Shown: positions 21,210 through 33,707, numbered from the stretch's first letter. The stretch is DNA of 64,000 nt from Paramoeba atlantica (GCA_977017575.1 CDRNVI010000049.1:1-64000), one strand, 5' to 3'. Translations and numbers: made by a program. The notes: a model not told the origin generated them from the letters alone.

Positions 21210-24200
21210 ATCATGCAGTTGTACTGCAGAGATTAGCCCTGGGCAAGTGAGCACGCCCCAAACGTGCTGCTTGTTCGGGTTTGCCGTTTCACTGAAAGCT
21301 GTGCACCTCCCACGTAGGGTTCTCGCGGTGCTGATATATTACGAAGCTTCTCCTGATAGCGCGCTGGACCATTGTTTCCCTACATTCGGAGGCAAGGCTC
21401 TTGTCTCCTCCGAAAAGAGAGTTCAAGTGGTGGAGTTAAGCTTTCCTCTTGCACGCACCTCAAAAACCAGTAAAAATGTAGATGGATTGATCAGCTTTCT
21501 CTGATTATAGATAAACGAATACTTTCGAACCTTCCGCTCATGAGCATCAGCAAAGTTTTCTTCCCATGGTGAGGTCAACTCGATGATGAATTCCGCCCCA
21601 TTGTGCAACTTTACCCACCCGTCTGGTCTCAATTCAGTTTCTTGCGAGAGCCAGTTGGGAGGGTTTCTGTATTTTTGCAAGTCGAAGTGTAAGTGGGCCG
21701 TGTGGGGAGATGAGGACATGGCTTCCGCGAGTGTCGAAAGGATGAGGTCGTGCCGGCAGTTGTATCTCCCTTGGCTTAGAGCTACGGAGCATCCCGTTAA
21801 TATATGACGTGGTGTCTGCACGGCTTCTCGGCAAATTGGGCACTTTGCATCCGTGTGGGTGGACATACCCCATCGAGGGAGGGACGCACGGGTCGGTAGA
21901 GGGGTTTGAGTCAATACGGATGCCGCGAGACGCGAGAGAGAAGGGCTTTTGATATTGCATAGGGCAGACGCAAACTCTTTTGCTAACTCGCCTTCAGTGG
22001 CCATTTGAAACCATTGGCAGGCGATCGTAGTTCGTCGCTGCACAGACGCGGCGAGAAAACGCTCGTACTCGTCATTTACTGTCTGCCGTAACCGTCTTGG
22101 GTCGTCACGATTCTCGTAGAGCTGAACAGCTGGGCGGATGAGTCCGGATGATCTCCTTTTGCTCGGTGGCAATCCTCTGTCTCAAAGCTTGCAAAACGGC
22201 GGGGTCGAGCGATCGATTCATTTGGGAAATAGCTGACGCGGTGCACTGCAGCCACAGCTTCGTTATACTGGTTATGCTCCATCCGCGTTCTGAGTAAATG
22301 AGCTCGCTTGTGGCGGTTTTCGCAATATTGAGCCACTTCCGTATACGTATTGTTACTAGTTTTTGTAGACGGAGAACGAAGTTAAAAGTTAAGCCAGGAT
22401 TTACTGTGAGAACATAGCGCAGTCTGGAAATAATAGCATTGTAATATTAAACTTTGTAATAATATTGAACATTGGGGTTGGGGGTACGTTCGTTGAGTAC
22501 TCAACGAACGGAAATTTACGGTGGAAGTCAAGGACTTTTGCATAAGTCAAGGATTTTTGTGGAACACCCAAGAATTTTCTTTGATTTTCATTTTCCATGC
22601 GTTCAGTATCCTACACTTCGCTATATACGTTGACAACGCCTGCGTAGCGAAAACTACGAAATTCAGTGAGCTTCGCAAATTGCTTCCCACTAACGACGCA
22701 CAGGGGAATCCTACGCGGGGTACGGCTCAGGCCCGCTCACGCGGGCCCTCGCCGTTTCGCGGCCGCGCGCATCCCCGCTCACGCGGGAGCCCCCGCGCGG
22801 CCAAAATGGGTACTAAAATTTGTTATCAAGGTAGTTGGGCTTCGCAAATTGCTTCCCACGAATGGGTACTAAAATTTGTCATCAAGGTAGTTGGTCAAGA
22901 TTATCAAGTAGTTATCAGTTGGGCCTTTCTTCCTCCTCCCTCTAAGGTCCTGCAGATTTTTTACGGTCACAGGGTACGTTCGTTGAGTACTCAACGAAAC
23001 TCCGACAGTTCGTTGAGTACTCAACGAAAATCCGGATTTTCGTTAGAATTCAACGAACGTACCCCCAAGCCAAACATTGTAATAATAACAGCTTGTGAGG
23101 CAAATTAGACGCCAGTTCCCAAGAATGCTGGTTTCCCCATCCTTATGTATCAGAAGAGTGACTCCTCGTTTCCAGCTATCGGGGCACGTACCAAAGGTAA
23201 GGAGGTCGTTGAAAGCCTGTGCTATGGAAGGATATAGAGCTGCGCAGCGTTTTAAAACAGCGTTCCCAATGGTATCTGCGCCAGGGGCAGCGGATGGTCT
23301 CTTTGAAGCTATCGCCGCCTCGATGGCACTGCAATCGATCTCTGCCCAATACATGTCTGACTGTACCTGAGGTCCCAAGAGCTCTGTGGGAGGAAGTTCA
23401 TAGTTTTCTTGTGGGGTTTGCATGCTATTTCGAAAATAGGTTGTGATTTCCTCCTGGGAGCAGTCCGGGTACTTGCCCCACCGCTGATCTGCCTCTTTCG
23501 TGTGCGCATCAAGGCATTCCCCAGCTGCAGTCCAAGGATTTCTTTGGAATCGCACTTTAGCCCAGCGCTTGGCGATCTCCTCTCGTTGTGCCCTGCTTTC
23601 TTCTGCATAGACTTTTAGCAGCTTACTAGCTTCTTTTATTTCTCCTTTTAAGCGGTCGCGTTCCACTCGTCCATGGCTGTATCGCAGTGATATTTTGAGC
23701 CGGCGGATATGGCCCTCCATTTGCTTGGCTGAACGGTCGGCTGCAAGGGGTCGAGATCTACGTTGGGCGCGTCCTGTGTGGGTGCGTAGGCGAAAGCCTT
23801 CCACTGTGTCAGCCTTGCACGCAGTCTCGTAGGCACTCACCGCAATACTTGCAGTCAGAAGTTCTGCCTGGTGTTTAGCTTCATCTGCGGTAGTTGCCGC
23901 GCTCTGCTGCGCGTCTTTCGGTCTGCTTCCACTGATCGCTAGAAAAGTGAATCATAATTCTTCCTCCTTCAATGGACTTCAGAGTTCTTAGGAGGGATGC
24001 GCTCGTCTCTTCCTCGTTGTGCGTCCTCTGTGACGACATTGTTCTGTTTGCGTTGCGTGATCGACGGCTCGGTGCACTGGATTGGAGCATTGACGGTTGT
24101 AGGGGTGGCTGTGGGGGTGATTGGGGGCTGGGCAAAGTGGTGTCTGGGCCATCTGCCACGCCGCGTGTGATAGAAGTTTCGTTCGCGTGTGCAGGTGTTC

Positions 24201-25981
24201 GGCTTTCCGTCCGTGCTGTGCGGAGGTGCGCTTCCTCTGTTACGTTTGTTGCCGGTACTCTGTGTTCCGTCTCTGTTCGGTTTCCACTGTTCAGCGCAGT
24301 ACTTGGACGAGTATTACCATGATCATTTCGGGTTTGCGCAGTCTCTGGCTGTGCCTGGGTCACATGTTCAGTTGAGGGATTCGATTCGTCAGGGTGGATC
24401 TGCATGTACGACCCGGAGATAAGGCTACGCAGGCCCCGGAGCCCGGCCCACACGAGTGAGTTGACCACAGGTCGGACTGAGGAGGTGGACACACCATCCT
24501 TGCAGCACTTGTGCTTGCAAGTAGTTTTATCAAAGCATTTGTGTAAGCACGGGCGGAGCTGGGTTTGTGGTTCTGGAGCACGCGTGTTGTTCTCTATCGC
24601 CGGAGGTGTGCCGACGGAAAGAGGGACTGATAAGGGTGGGGTTTCATTTCTTTCAGCGGACGAGGGTAACAGGTTCCTCAATAGCAGGTCAGCCACCGGT
24701 TTCACGATACCTCGCTTGCAGCTTTGGTGACCACAGGTCGTTTTATCGCGGCAGGAGTGTTTACATGGCTGCTCTACGGGAGTGTTTACAAGGGCTGCGG
24801 TGGGTGTAGCTTGTTTCCCGTTCCCTGTCGTCAATGCTGTAGGTTCTGTCGCATGAGTTAGGGATATAGGGCCAGAATGGAGCACTGCTCGCTCAGGGAT
24901 TAGGGACTCATGCGTGGCGTCTCGAGGCGGCGTTAGCGGCACACCAATTTTGCAGCATACGTGCTTGCAATGGGCTTTGTCCCGGCAGATGTTTTTACAA
25001 GGGCGATGTGTGGGCAGGATCGAGGCCATTGGGGAGGACTCGTCCGGGACTGTACTTGTGGCCTCGGGCATTAGATCCAGGGTGTCCGCTCGCTCTAGGC
25101 CGGGCGCTGGCTGAGGGGAAGGGAGGGGCGCGAGATCGTTTGAAAGCGGGGTGCCATCGTTTGTGACTTTACAACATAGGTGTTTGCAGGTAGCTTTGTT
25201 GCTGCAATGGTGTGCACATGGTCTCGTCCTTCGCAGAGTAGCACCGGGATCCGCGTTCGTGTTGTGCCGCGTCCGTATGCGATAAGACTCGTCGTAATCC
25301 ACTTCTTTGAGCTTCCAATATGAGCCTTCTTCCTCGGTTGACTCGCGTTGAATAATCGAAATTTCATATCCCGATAATGCAATCATGCTCCGCCCTCCCA
25401 ACTTCTTAATGGCGCGACCTAGAGCTCCTGCCGAGGAATATGCGCCAGTGAGGTTCATGTCTTTGTCCGTGTATGCCGATGTCCAACTGGTGTGGCGGAA
25501 AGTCCGTTGTTCTCCATCTACTTCACGGAATTTGATGTAATCGCAACATCTTTGGTCCATAACGTCACTTATGTTGCATGCTTGGATCAGAATTCCATCA
25601 GGTCGCTTGGCGCCTGATTTTAAGGTTCGTGCAATAGAAAATTCTGCCGTGAGTTCTGCATTAAAAGCCCCCTTTTCCGTTAGAAACTGTGCTGCTGCGT
25701 GGATGTGGGGAAAGTAGGCCCATTTGCTCGCTTCAGGGTGTCTAATGCGAATTGGCACTGCACTAGTGCGTGTCGGGCGAAAGCTTTCTTCGTGAAATGG
25801 CTCTGCGCTGGCAGATCCTCGAGGGAGGTCGCCTGGCGCCTGGGGGGCGTCGTTGGTGGGGTGGATGGACATGCCCCTTGTGGGGATAGCAGTTATACGG
25901 TAACTAAAAAAAGTGTTCAAATGTTTTAACAAATTTTAATGTTTTTATATTTTACAAAAGAGATTCAAAGGATAATGCAGT
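21210..25981 (-). mobile_element. Decayed REL-endonuclease non-LTR retrotransposon (R2/R4/NeSL-like grade); RT core deleted
   Basis: 23881..25932 is the N-terminal region with 4 zinc motifs. 23043..23840 is the pre-RT/RT start (SAPGADTI, WKRGVTLLIHKDG...GNWRLICL). 21423..22172 has CPIC...TPRHILTGC, RYNCRHD, RPDGWV and IIELTSPWE (CCHC plus PD-D/ExK nuclease). Candidate TSD AGTATATTA at 21201-21209 and 25982-25990. Confidence 0.85.
22475..23071. mobile_element. 597-bp non-autonomous GG-ended TIR element inserted in the retrotransposon
   Basis: Ends GGGTTGGGGGTACGTTCGTTGA and TCAACGAACGTACCCCCAAGCC. Flanks GAACATTG and AAACATTG (7/8 match). The interior is nearly identical to 56865-57287. Confidence 0.8.
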
Positions 25982-26157
25982 AGTATATTACAGTAGTATA
26001 GGCTGGAGTAGTGCTTACATTCCCACGTACTTAGACTTCGTCAATGATCTTACTATAAAAAACTATGAAAGATGTAATGCGAGCCCAACACTTGAACACT
26101 TTTTTCACTTTTTTGAGATTACTTTTTTTTTGAACAAAACTTTGTCTTACTTCACCC

Positions 26158-26480
26158 TTACCAAACCAAAATGACCGAAACGTAATACTTCGTAAGTCCC
26201 CTCTTCGCCCTAATTACTGCCCTCAAACGAGGTGGTATGCTACGGACAAGAGGAAGACATGCACTCGGAGGAAGGTCTGCCCATGCTTTTTGGGCGCGTT
26301 CCCAAAGCTCCAACATTCGTACGGGAGGATCTGGATGATCCGCAGTTGACTTTTTGAGCTCGCCCCATAGGTGCTCTACGGGATTTAAATTGGGAGACTT
26401 CGAGGGCCAGTCTAGGACACACAATTCTTGTAAACGAAGGAATTCCCGGGCCTACTCGTGTGCTTTGGATCATTATGGAC
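26158..26480 (-). pseudogene. Tc1-type transposase C-terminal fragment
   Basis: HNDPKHTS (frameshifted), LDWPSKSPNLNPVEHLWG, RLRAVIRAKRGLTKY. Confidence 0.8.
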
Positions 26481-26952
26481 CACCTCTACCGACTGAGACC
26501 GAGTCGGTTGCAGTACGCCCCTCCGGCTGCGTAAACAGAGGGCGAGTTGCCTGGACCCCCTCTACCGACAGAGTCCGTGCTAATCCCCTTGGTGCGACAT
26601 CCGTCATTACGGATTGTACCGATGACATAGGCTGTCGCATCAAGGGCTGTATCTCTGCGCCAACGAGCGCATGAACATCAAAATTTGTCTAAAAAGCAAA
26701 AAAAAAATCCCAATCTGCAGTTGCTAGAAAAATAGTGTCTTGACCTTAAAATGCGATTTCTTACCGTGTTATTGATAGAAAAGTTGCTCTGTCGCTTCTA
26801 AAAAAGGGACGTCGCCCGCTCCTGTCGCTGGGAGGGGGGTAGGTATAATAAGTGGGCATGGGTATACTATCCTGGAACATGGTTTAGAAAGAAGAGCTCC
26901 GCGAAACAGCGCGCTTTTTTTTGAGGGTGGAAAAATTTTCACCCTCGACCTG

Positions 26953-27023
26953 GAACATATTACCCCCCCACTTATAGTGCCGTTTGATCGAAAACCTCGG
27001 CACTATAAGTGGGGGGCACAGTA
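26953..27023. repeat. Hairpin-forming, Tc1-like terminal sequence
   Basis: CCCCCCACTTATAGTGCCG...CGGCACTATAAGTGGGGGG (19-bp perfect stem), followed by CACAG-TA. Confidence 0.6.
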
Positions 27024-28857
27024 TATATTAAAATTCATTTTCCTTTATTTTTGACCGGAGTATCTCAGTACAGATTATTGTCATTGTATGGAAATATAAA
27101 TTTCGATCTTTAAAGGTGCATACATAAAGGGTGTATAATGACGCGTTTTTTAACTTGGATGCAATGCTGCACGAAGTATACTACGGCTACCGAATGCAAG
27201 GATGCGTTTCTTTTTTACGTGGTGCGTCCCTATTTTCCAAGTCTGTGCTTTCTGTATTTAGTGCACTCATTTTTGCCGAATCAAAATCATCTTCGTGCGA
27301 CACTCAATCGGGGGTGGATTGCTTTACCCGTGCCTACCAAAAAGAATGCGTTACATAAGCGTGAAAATGTTTTAATGTTTGAGCAATCAAGCATTAAAAC
27401 GAAAATCCTGAACTACAGTATTTTTCCCTCTTACCCCTCGGCCTTTTCTATTTTCGCCGTCGCACGTGTCCAAAATCACGCTGATGGAGATTCTGAAAGT
27501 GGAGATTCGTATAACAATGATCAAATCAGGGTACTGGGTTTTTTGAATATGTGGATTCGCTTCTAGTGATGGGTCTACACGCTACACACTGGGAGATGCA
27601 TTACTAATTGCAAATATAAAAAAATTATTTCTTGTATTCATAATTGTTTCCCCCGTTTAAGCACACCTCGTTTTCCGTGAGTTCTATTCCTTCCGAATGA
27701 ACCTTCAGCTGGATCGTTTCGAAAATTTTCGAACTTTTTCGAACCGACCAAGCGTTGAAACGCTACATACAAAAGTGCTCTAGATAAGAGTGGTTTCAGG
27801 GTTTCACGGAGGTTACATTTATGGGCTACACATTACTTACACCTTATATTGTACCCATACGAAAGCGTTACTCTTTATACCACCTTTTTACTCTTTTCCA
27901 GGATTTGAGCCCCTTTAAAACATCTTTGAAAGCGAATGGACTGCGTCGAGCGCTCCTCATCTAGATTTTCTAATTGACGCCATACGAGCGCCGAGTGAAA
28001 GGACTCTAGTGTAGAAGGACTGTAAAATCTTGCCAGACTGACGCATAGGCAAAGAAACTCTTCTTCTTTGATGTGCTGAACTCCCTGAATACCCAATAAA
28101 ACCTCGAGTCGATTGTAATAGTTGGCCAAAAGGGACTTTTTTCCCCCAAGATTTTTTTCTATTTATAAAAATATTTTATAAAAATATTTATAGAACTTTC
28201 CAACTTCAAGACCCCTTTTCTGAATACTTACTCTTGGCTGGTTAAAAATCTTTCAAAATCATCCAACGCCCCGTCACAAGCACCCTTTACTTTGGAAAAC
28301 CTTTGCAGTGTCTTGAGGAATTCCACAAACGAATGTTCACCACGCAAGCTCAGAGTTGAGCGGGCATGCATCCAAACGCGAAGTGATGCACATCGACGAT
28401 GCCTCTCTTGTTGGTCTCAGCGCCCGCAACTCTGCGCTCGAATAACCTCCTGCCCAGTCTCGTCAAAATGGACAAGTAAGTGGGGGGTGGGACTATGACA
28501 AATACAGTACCTCAAGAAACTGATCACACTTTCTCGCGTTGAACATTGTGGTAAGAAAATGTTTATAAAACATATTAGAAGGGTGAAACCAGCTCGGTTC
28601 TAGCGTGTTCGCCCGTGTTTGGTCGAGTTAAGAGTTCGGACACTTAACTTGTGGAGAATATGCAGTTTCTTTCTAATCTTTTAGTTTGTATTTTGTAATT
28701 TTTTTTATTCGTTTTTTTGAAACGCGGCATTCCCTCTATATTTTTACCCAGTACTTGAACCATGTAGGTCCACTGGGGGGGGTATATGATTTAAAAACAA
28801 GCAATCAAAGTAGCGATTTCACATGTGCCCAAAACTAGCAATTCAACCTGCCTTAAG

Positions 28858-30314
28858 TTATTTATGATTCTGATAACAATAATAATAAAAAGAAGCAATC
28901 CAGGCCCAGTCCATTCGCGCGTTCCGGACCGGCTCTTTCGACCTCTCCACGGCCTGACTTGTGAACCCTTCGCTTGCTATATGGGAGGGCGCAGGCGCGG
29001 GCCTGTGTCGACAGCAACACGGCCGCGAAACAGGATGGATTTTTTTATCCCCCGTAATACCAAAGAAGTTTGTGGCCTTGGGAACCTTCGATAGGACCCA
29101 TCCCTCTTCAACTGCTTCCGTGGCGCCAATATACGCCCCCAGAAGTTTAACGCCCCCCGGAGCATGTTGCATCCTGCTCCCCGAGAAGACCGAGTACAAG
29201 TCCGGGTGGCGGGTAGCCACCATGCACTTGGCCGTATTGAGCTTTAGGCCCAAAAACTTGATCTCCTCTTCCAAGGAGTCAAAGGCATTTACGCACACCC
29301 CGGGCTCCGCGGCTATGGTTTTATCATCCAGATATGCCCATAGTTTTAGACAGCCAGAGTATTTTGCCGCCACGGTCGAGATGGCGCCCTGTATCCCTAA
29401 GGCAAAAAGGATGGGCGCCATCGGGTCCCCTTGTTTCACCCCCCGGGAGCTAGGGATGGCAATCCCCTCCCGCAGGTGGAGCTTGCTAGGGGTCCCGTAC
29501 CCGAAAAGGGAAATGCCGATCATAGGGGAAAGGTTCGGATACCTTTTCAAGGCTCGGAAAATGGCCGCGCGGGAAATGCTGTTAAAGGCATTTTCCACTT
29601 CGACCGCCGCGGTCACCTCATCGGGTCTGTCGCGGAAGTGATCTCTCACTACGACGTGCTCGCATCCTTGAGTGTATTGGGCTCCGAATTGGAGGCCCTG
29701 AAACACAGCAGGGAGGTGGTCTCTGACCTGTTCGAGGGCTAGTAGACCCGCGAGCTTCAAGATGCCCCCCCTCATGGCAATGGGCCTGTACGAGGAGTGG
29801 TGTCCCACTGGGGCCCCAGGCTTGTTAAAGAGCTTGAGGTTGGCTCCCGTGAGAAAATCCCTCATCGTGGGAGGGAGGGGGTTGGTGGGGATCCCTTGGA
29901 TGATCCAAGTGACCACGTCCCTCGGGTCATCCTCCTGTAGGATGGGGACCAGGAGTTCCTTGGTCCATCCGGACGAGCCTGGCGCTCTAAGCGGCGCAAG
30001 GCTAGTAGCCTTTCGGACAACGTCTGCCGCCGACGGGAGGGGTCCATGACTTTCCTTGTCATAGACGAACTTGGGGGTGTTATAAGGACCTCCCGTAGGG
30101 TGGAGGCGTTCCACCTGTTCCCCCGCTGTAGCCGGGTTTGCCGACGGATCGAGGGGGCTTCCAAGATTTTAGCCGCCTTCGAGAAAGCCCCCGCCCGGAT
30201 CAGCTCAGTGACTCGTTTGATAACAGAACGGGGGAAACTGTTGGTGAGGAGGGGAGTAGAAGCGATGGTTTCTGACCTCTCTAGGTTAGCCCGTTTCCGT
30301 AACTCCCTCGCCAA
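28858..30314 (-). mobile_element. Truncated CRE/SLACS/CZAR-clade non-LTR reverse transcriptase
   Basis: RAPGSSGWT.ELL, YRPIAM, LQFG, NAFNSISR, SRGVKQGDPMAPILFALG, WAYLDD, GVKLLGAYIG. One frameshift between 29862..30314 and 28858..30114. Confidence 0.85.
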
Positions 30315-30599
30315 CTGCCTCTGGGACAGCTTGTCCTCGGGGAAAAACAGGAACCGTTTAACCCCGAGGGGGGTTACAATTTTGTAATTGTATACTGTAA
30401 TTTGACTACGAAAAAAATACGTATTTTAATAGTAAATTTTTTGTTTCGTAACTATTTTTTCGGGCTCATTTTGGAATGAAACACGACTTTCCCCCCGATT
30501 AAAACGTTTACATCGATGACATCTACGGGAATCCTGCCTCGGACACTTCTGAACGTCTTCGTAAGGGGGTGCGCCACCAGATGAAGGAAACCTTTTTGA

Positions 30600-30810
30600 T
30601 ACCACTAACTCGTAAGGAAATAGTGGATATCAAGTTTTCGGGACTGAGCGCGGCCGAAAATGGCTGAGAAAATGGCTAAGACAAGCACAAACTGCTCCAC
30701 TAGAATCAGCATAGCAAAGAATTTCTGAAGTCGGCATTCGGACTTCTGTGGAACAGTGAGCGCGTCGACTGGCGTATTCGGCCTCGGCAACTTTATTTAA
30801 CTTCGTTGAC
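30600..30810 (+). pseudogene. Decayed second copy of the Harbinger-like transposase C-terminus
   Basis: Translates to DKHKLLH*NQHSKEFLKSAFGLLWNSE, matching DQHKLLHYNQHRKDFARSAFGLLWNAE in 34211..34684. Confidence 0.75.
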
Positions 30811-31068
30811 ACTCATTGATGTCGATCACCCTAATGTACAAGAATGGACATCTCGCGAGGATTGTTTCTGCAAGTTTCATAAGGGGAATGCGAACGACTC
30901 TCTCTCTCTCTATTAAGAACTACAGAACTCAGGTAACACAAGAGCTTCAAATCAAAGGAATTGAATCTGTTGGAAAGTGTTCATCGAAGTGTAAAGAACC
31001 CCCTAAGACGTATGTAAAATTGAGTAAAAATCAAATTACTTACTTACTTCTTTCAATAAATGCTTACA

Positions 31069-32229
31069 TCAATACTTTGTGTAACCGCCCTTGGCCGTGA
31101 TTACCGCTTGCATACATCGCGGCATGCTTTCGACCAGAGTACGGCAGTATGCGGGGGATATGGTCTCCCACATTTCCCTGGAACGGTCCACAAGCTCCCC
31201 GATATTCGCCGGTGGCGGTTCAACTTCACCCAGCTTTGCCTTCTGTTGGCCCCAAAGATTCTCAATGGGGTTTAAATCCGGTGACTGCGGCGGCCATCCA
31301 GACAGAACTTGAACTCCCACGCTGGCGAAATGCTCCTTTGCAATCTTGCTGGTCTGTTTTGGGTCATCATCCTGCTGGAAGATAATTTTGCCCATGTTGT
31401 CACCCAGTTTTCGAAGTGAGGCGGGAAGGTTCTCCGCTAGTATGTCCTTGTACTGGGAGGCGTCCGTATTACCTTGAACGATTTGAATGGTTCCAATACC
31501 ATCTTTGGACATACACCCCCACGCCATTATGCTCCCCCCACCGTGCTTTAGAGTTCCTATGACGGTTCGGGCACTAGGTTCACCAAGCCTCTTCTACACC
31601 CAGTGAATACCATCAGATCCGAAACGGTTGATTTTGGTTTCGTCGGAAAAATACAATGAAAACCACTCTTCCTTCCAATTATTGTGGTCGAGGGCAAATT
31701 TTAAATGCATAGCACGGTGTCTATCGCTCAGGAAGGGTTTTCGCTGACGCTTCCGACCCCCCAGACCATCAGAGCGCAAGATATTACGAATGGTTTCTGG
31801 CGAAACATTGCCGATGCCTTCACGGCAGAAACGATTCCGCACTCCCACAGGAGTCCTTTCCGCCCCGCTCTCAATTAGACGCTGAGAGCGCCTTATCGAG
31901 ATCTCAGAGAGCTTTCTACGGCGACCTCCCTTGATTGGACGCGGCGTCACGTTCATCGACCTTATTGTGCTCACTGCACCTCCCTTTCGGGATATTTTTC
32001 TATGTGAGTCACCATTGTCTATTATTTCATTGACTTGTTTTAGCTTTGAATTCGACAAACGTAGTGGTATGTGGATAATACAAAAATATATTGGTTTGGT
32101 GGCAATTCTTTTCTTATCTCTCAGTAAATATTTTTTACCATTTTTTTTATTGGTTTCTATCGTTTTGTACCCAAGGTTTGTCAATGCCACCCCGGTTGTC
32201 GAGGTCCTGTCATGGTAAGTACTTGCCAA
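31069..32229 (-). pseudogene. Near-complete Tc1-family DD35E transposase with one in-frame TAG
   Basis: Track ORFs 31594..32229 and 31069..31527 are in the same frame, separated only by the TAG at 31594-31596. Motifs FSDETKINRFGSDG, KHGGGSIMAWGC, FQQDDDPK, WPPQSPDLNPIENLW, AKGGYTKY. Confidence 0.9.
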
Positions 32230-32629
32230 GGTCCTGACGAATATGAAGATTATTGACCGATTGTGGTATAATAAATTTGGCTTACTATTCAGAGGGTTGA
32301 AACAGGTGGGTGCGTCTGGGTGCGTCCGGGTGCGGCTGAGTTAGGGGAGGGGTGAATATTTTTATGTATTTTTCCTCTTTTATTTTTCTCAATACCTAGA
32401 TATTGGCAAACTCATAATTTGTTATATATTTTTTATAGGGACGTACATAATTTATATTGGTACATTTCATATTTTATCATCTCTTTTATCTTTTTTCGAA
32501 TCCCGTTTTATAACGATACTTTTCTCAAACATATTCCCTATGGACGATTTGCCCCCCAAGGTTAGTTAGGTAGAAGCGTGTTCCTACGGACATGCAGACT
32601 CGGAAAAATTTGATCGATTAAGAAATTGG

Positions 32630-33505
32630 GTGCAACACACCTTAAAGAAGGTACTCCACATTCCTTTGAAAAGAGCTGAGAGAGGTTTGGAGTATCTCAA
32701 GATGACTCAGGAAGAACGAAACAGTGCCCAATTTGCCCCTGACAGACTTCCCCCTCAAGAAATCATGGATCGCCTCGAGGACGATATAATTTCGAGGGCC
32801 GTGACATGGTTAAACAACCGTCATCATCAGCTTACCGCTTCTTCAGTTCCCAGTATTCACAACACTTTGTGTGGTGTTACACTGGACGAAGAAATCCTTC
32901 TCGAGGGTATCATTCTCATTGCAAAACATCGCCAGGTAGGCTTGTTCTTTTCCGACGCCAAATGCAACGTGCTAAATGGTGCCCGAGAGGAAGAGATGCC
33001 AAGTTATTGGCGGTGGAAACACGGGGGTCAATGGTCACTCCCCTCCATCGAGCTCCCCACAGATGTACTCTCGCAAAACCTAGGTGCCTTCCTGGCGAAA
33101 GCCTATCCAGGGTTGTATGAGCCATCCCGCAAAGGCCAAGAGACCATTGCAGAATGGTTTCGAACTCTTTGGCGAGGGTGTCGTGGAGAGACCGTTGCGG
33201 CGTCGAAAAGACATCGAGAACAAAATCGACTTCTACGCGGCGCGGTTTCTGTAAGTCAGACCGAGGCAGCAAAGGCGCTCGCTGAAGTAGAAAAATTGCA
33301 AGCGGTGACTAGCCGTCTTGAAGCCAAGGTTGAAAGATTAACTGAGGCTCAACTTTCTCATCGTCGCGAGACAGACGACATGAGAGCCCAGATCGCATTA
33401 CTGAAAGAAGCAGTAATTGCGAAATCCCGGATCGCAGAAAGCAAAGAGTCTAAAACCAAGACGACAGTAAAGAGTAAGTTGTATGATCAGTCGGGTTTAC
33501 GATAA
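32630..33505 (+). CDS. Accessory ORF1 of the Harbinger-like element (C-terminal coiled coil)
   Basis: Open 291-codon frame inside the TIRs, upstream of the transposase. The start codon is uncertain (the track start is GTG). Confidence 0.6.
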   Translation: MQHTLKKVLHIPLKRAERGLEYLKMTQEERNSAQFAPDRLPPQEIMDRLEDDIISRAVTWLNNRHHQLTASSVPSIHNTLCGVTLDEEILLEGIILIAKHRQVGLFFSDAKCNVLNGAREEEMPSYWRWKHGGQWSLPSIELPTDVLSQNLGAFLAKAYPGLYEPSRKGQETIAEWFRTLWRGCRGETVAASKRHREQNRLLRGAVSVSQTEAAKALAEVEKLQAVTSRLEAKVERLTEAQLSHRRETDDMRAQIALLKEAVIAKSRIAESKESKTKTTVKSKLYDQSGLR

Positions 33506-33707
33506 CCCGATTGTTTCTTTATTAAATAAAGAAAATTTGGATGAAGTAGTGAGTTTGGATTTGGAAGTCTGAAGTAGTAAGAATATTGAAACCAAAGTAC
33601 AGAATATGAAACGCTAGTTACTGTCAGTAAAGCAGAAAATATTGAGCAGAAATCACTAAACTTTTGAATGACAACAGACTTACTTTTCTCATTTTCAACT
33701 TCTCGAT

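Noticed and set aside
22456-23088. Alternative 9-bp TSD (GTAATAATA) for the 22.5-kb MITE
   Set aside because: It leaves the termini non-complementary. The 8-bp reading gives matching GG-ended TIRs and agrees with the Merlin TSD. Not fully excluded.
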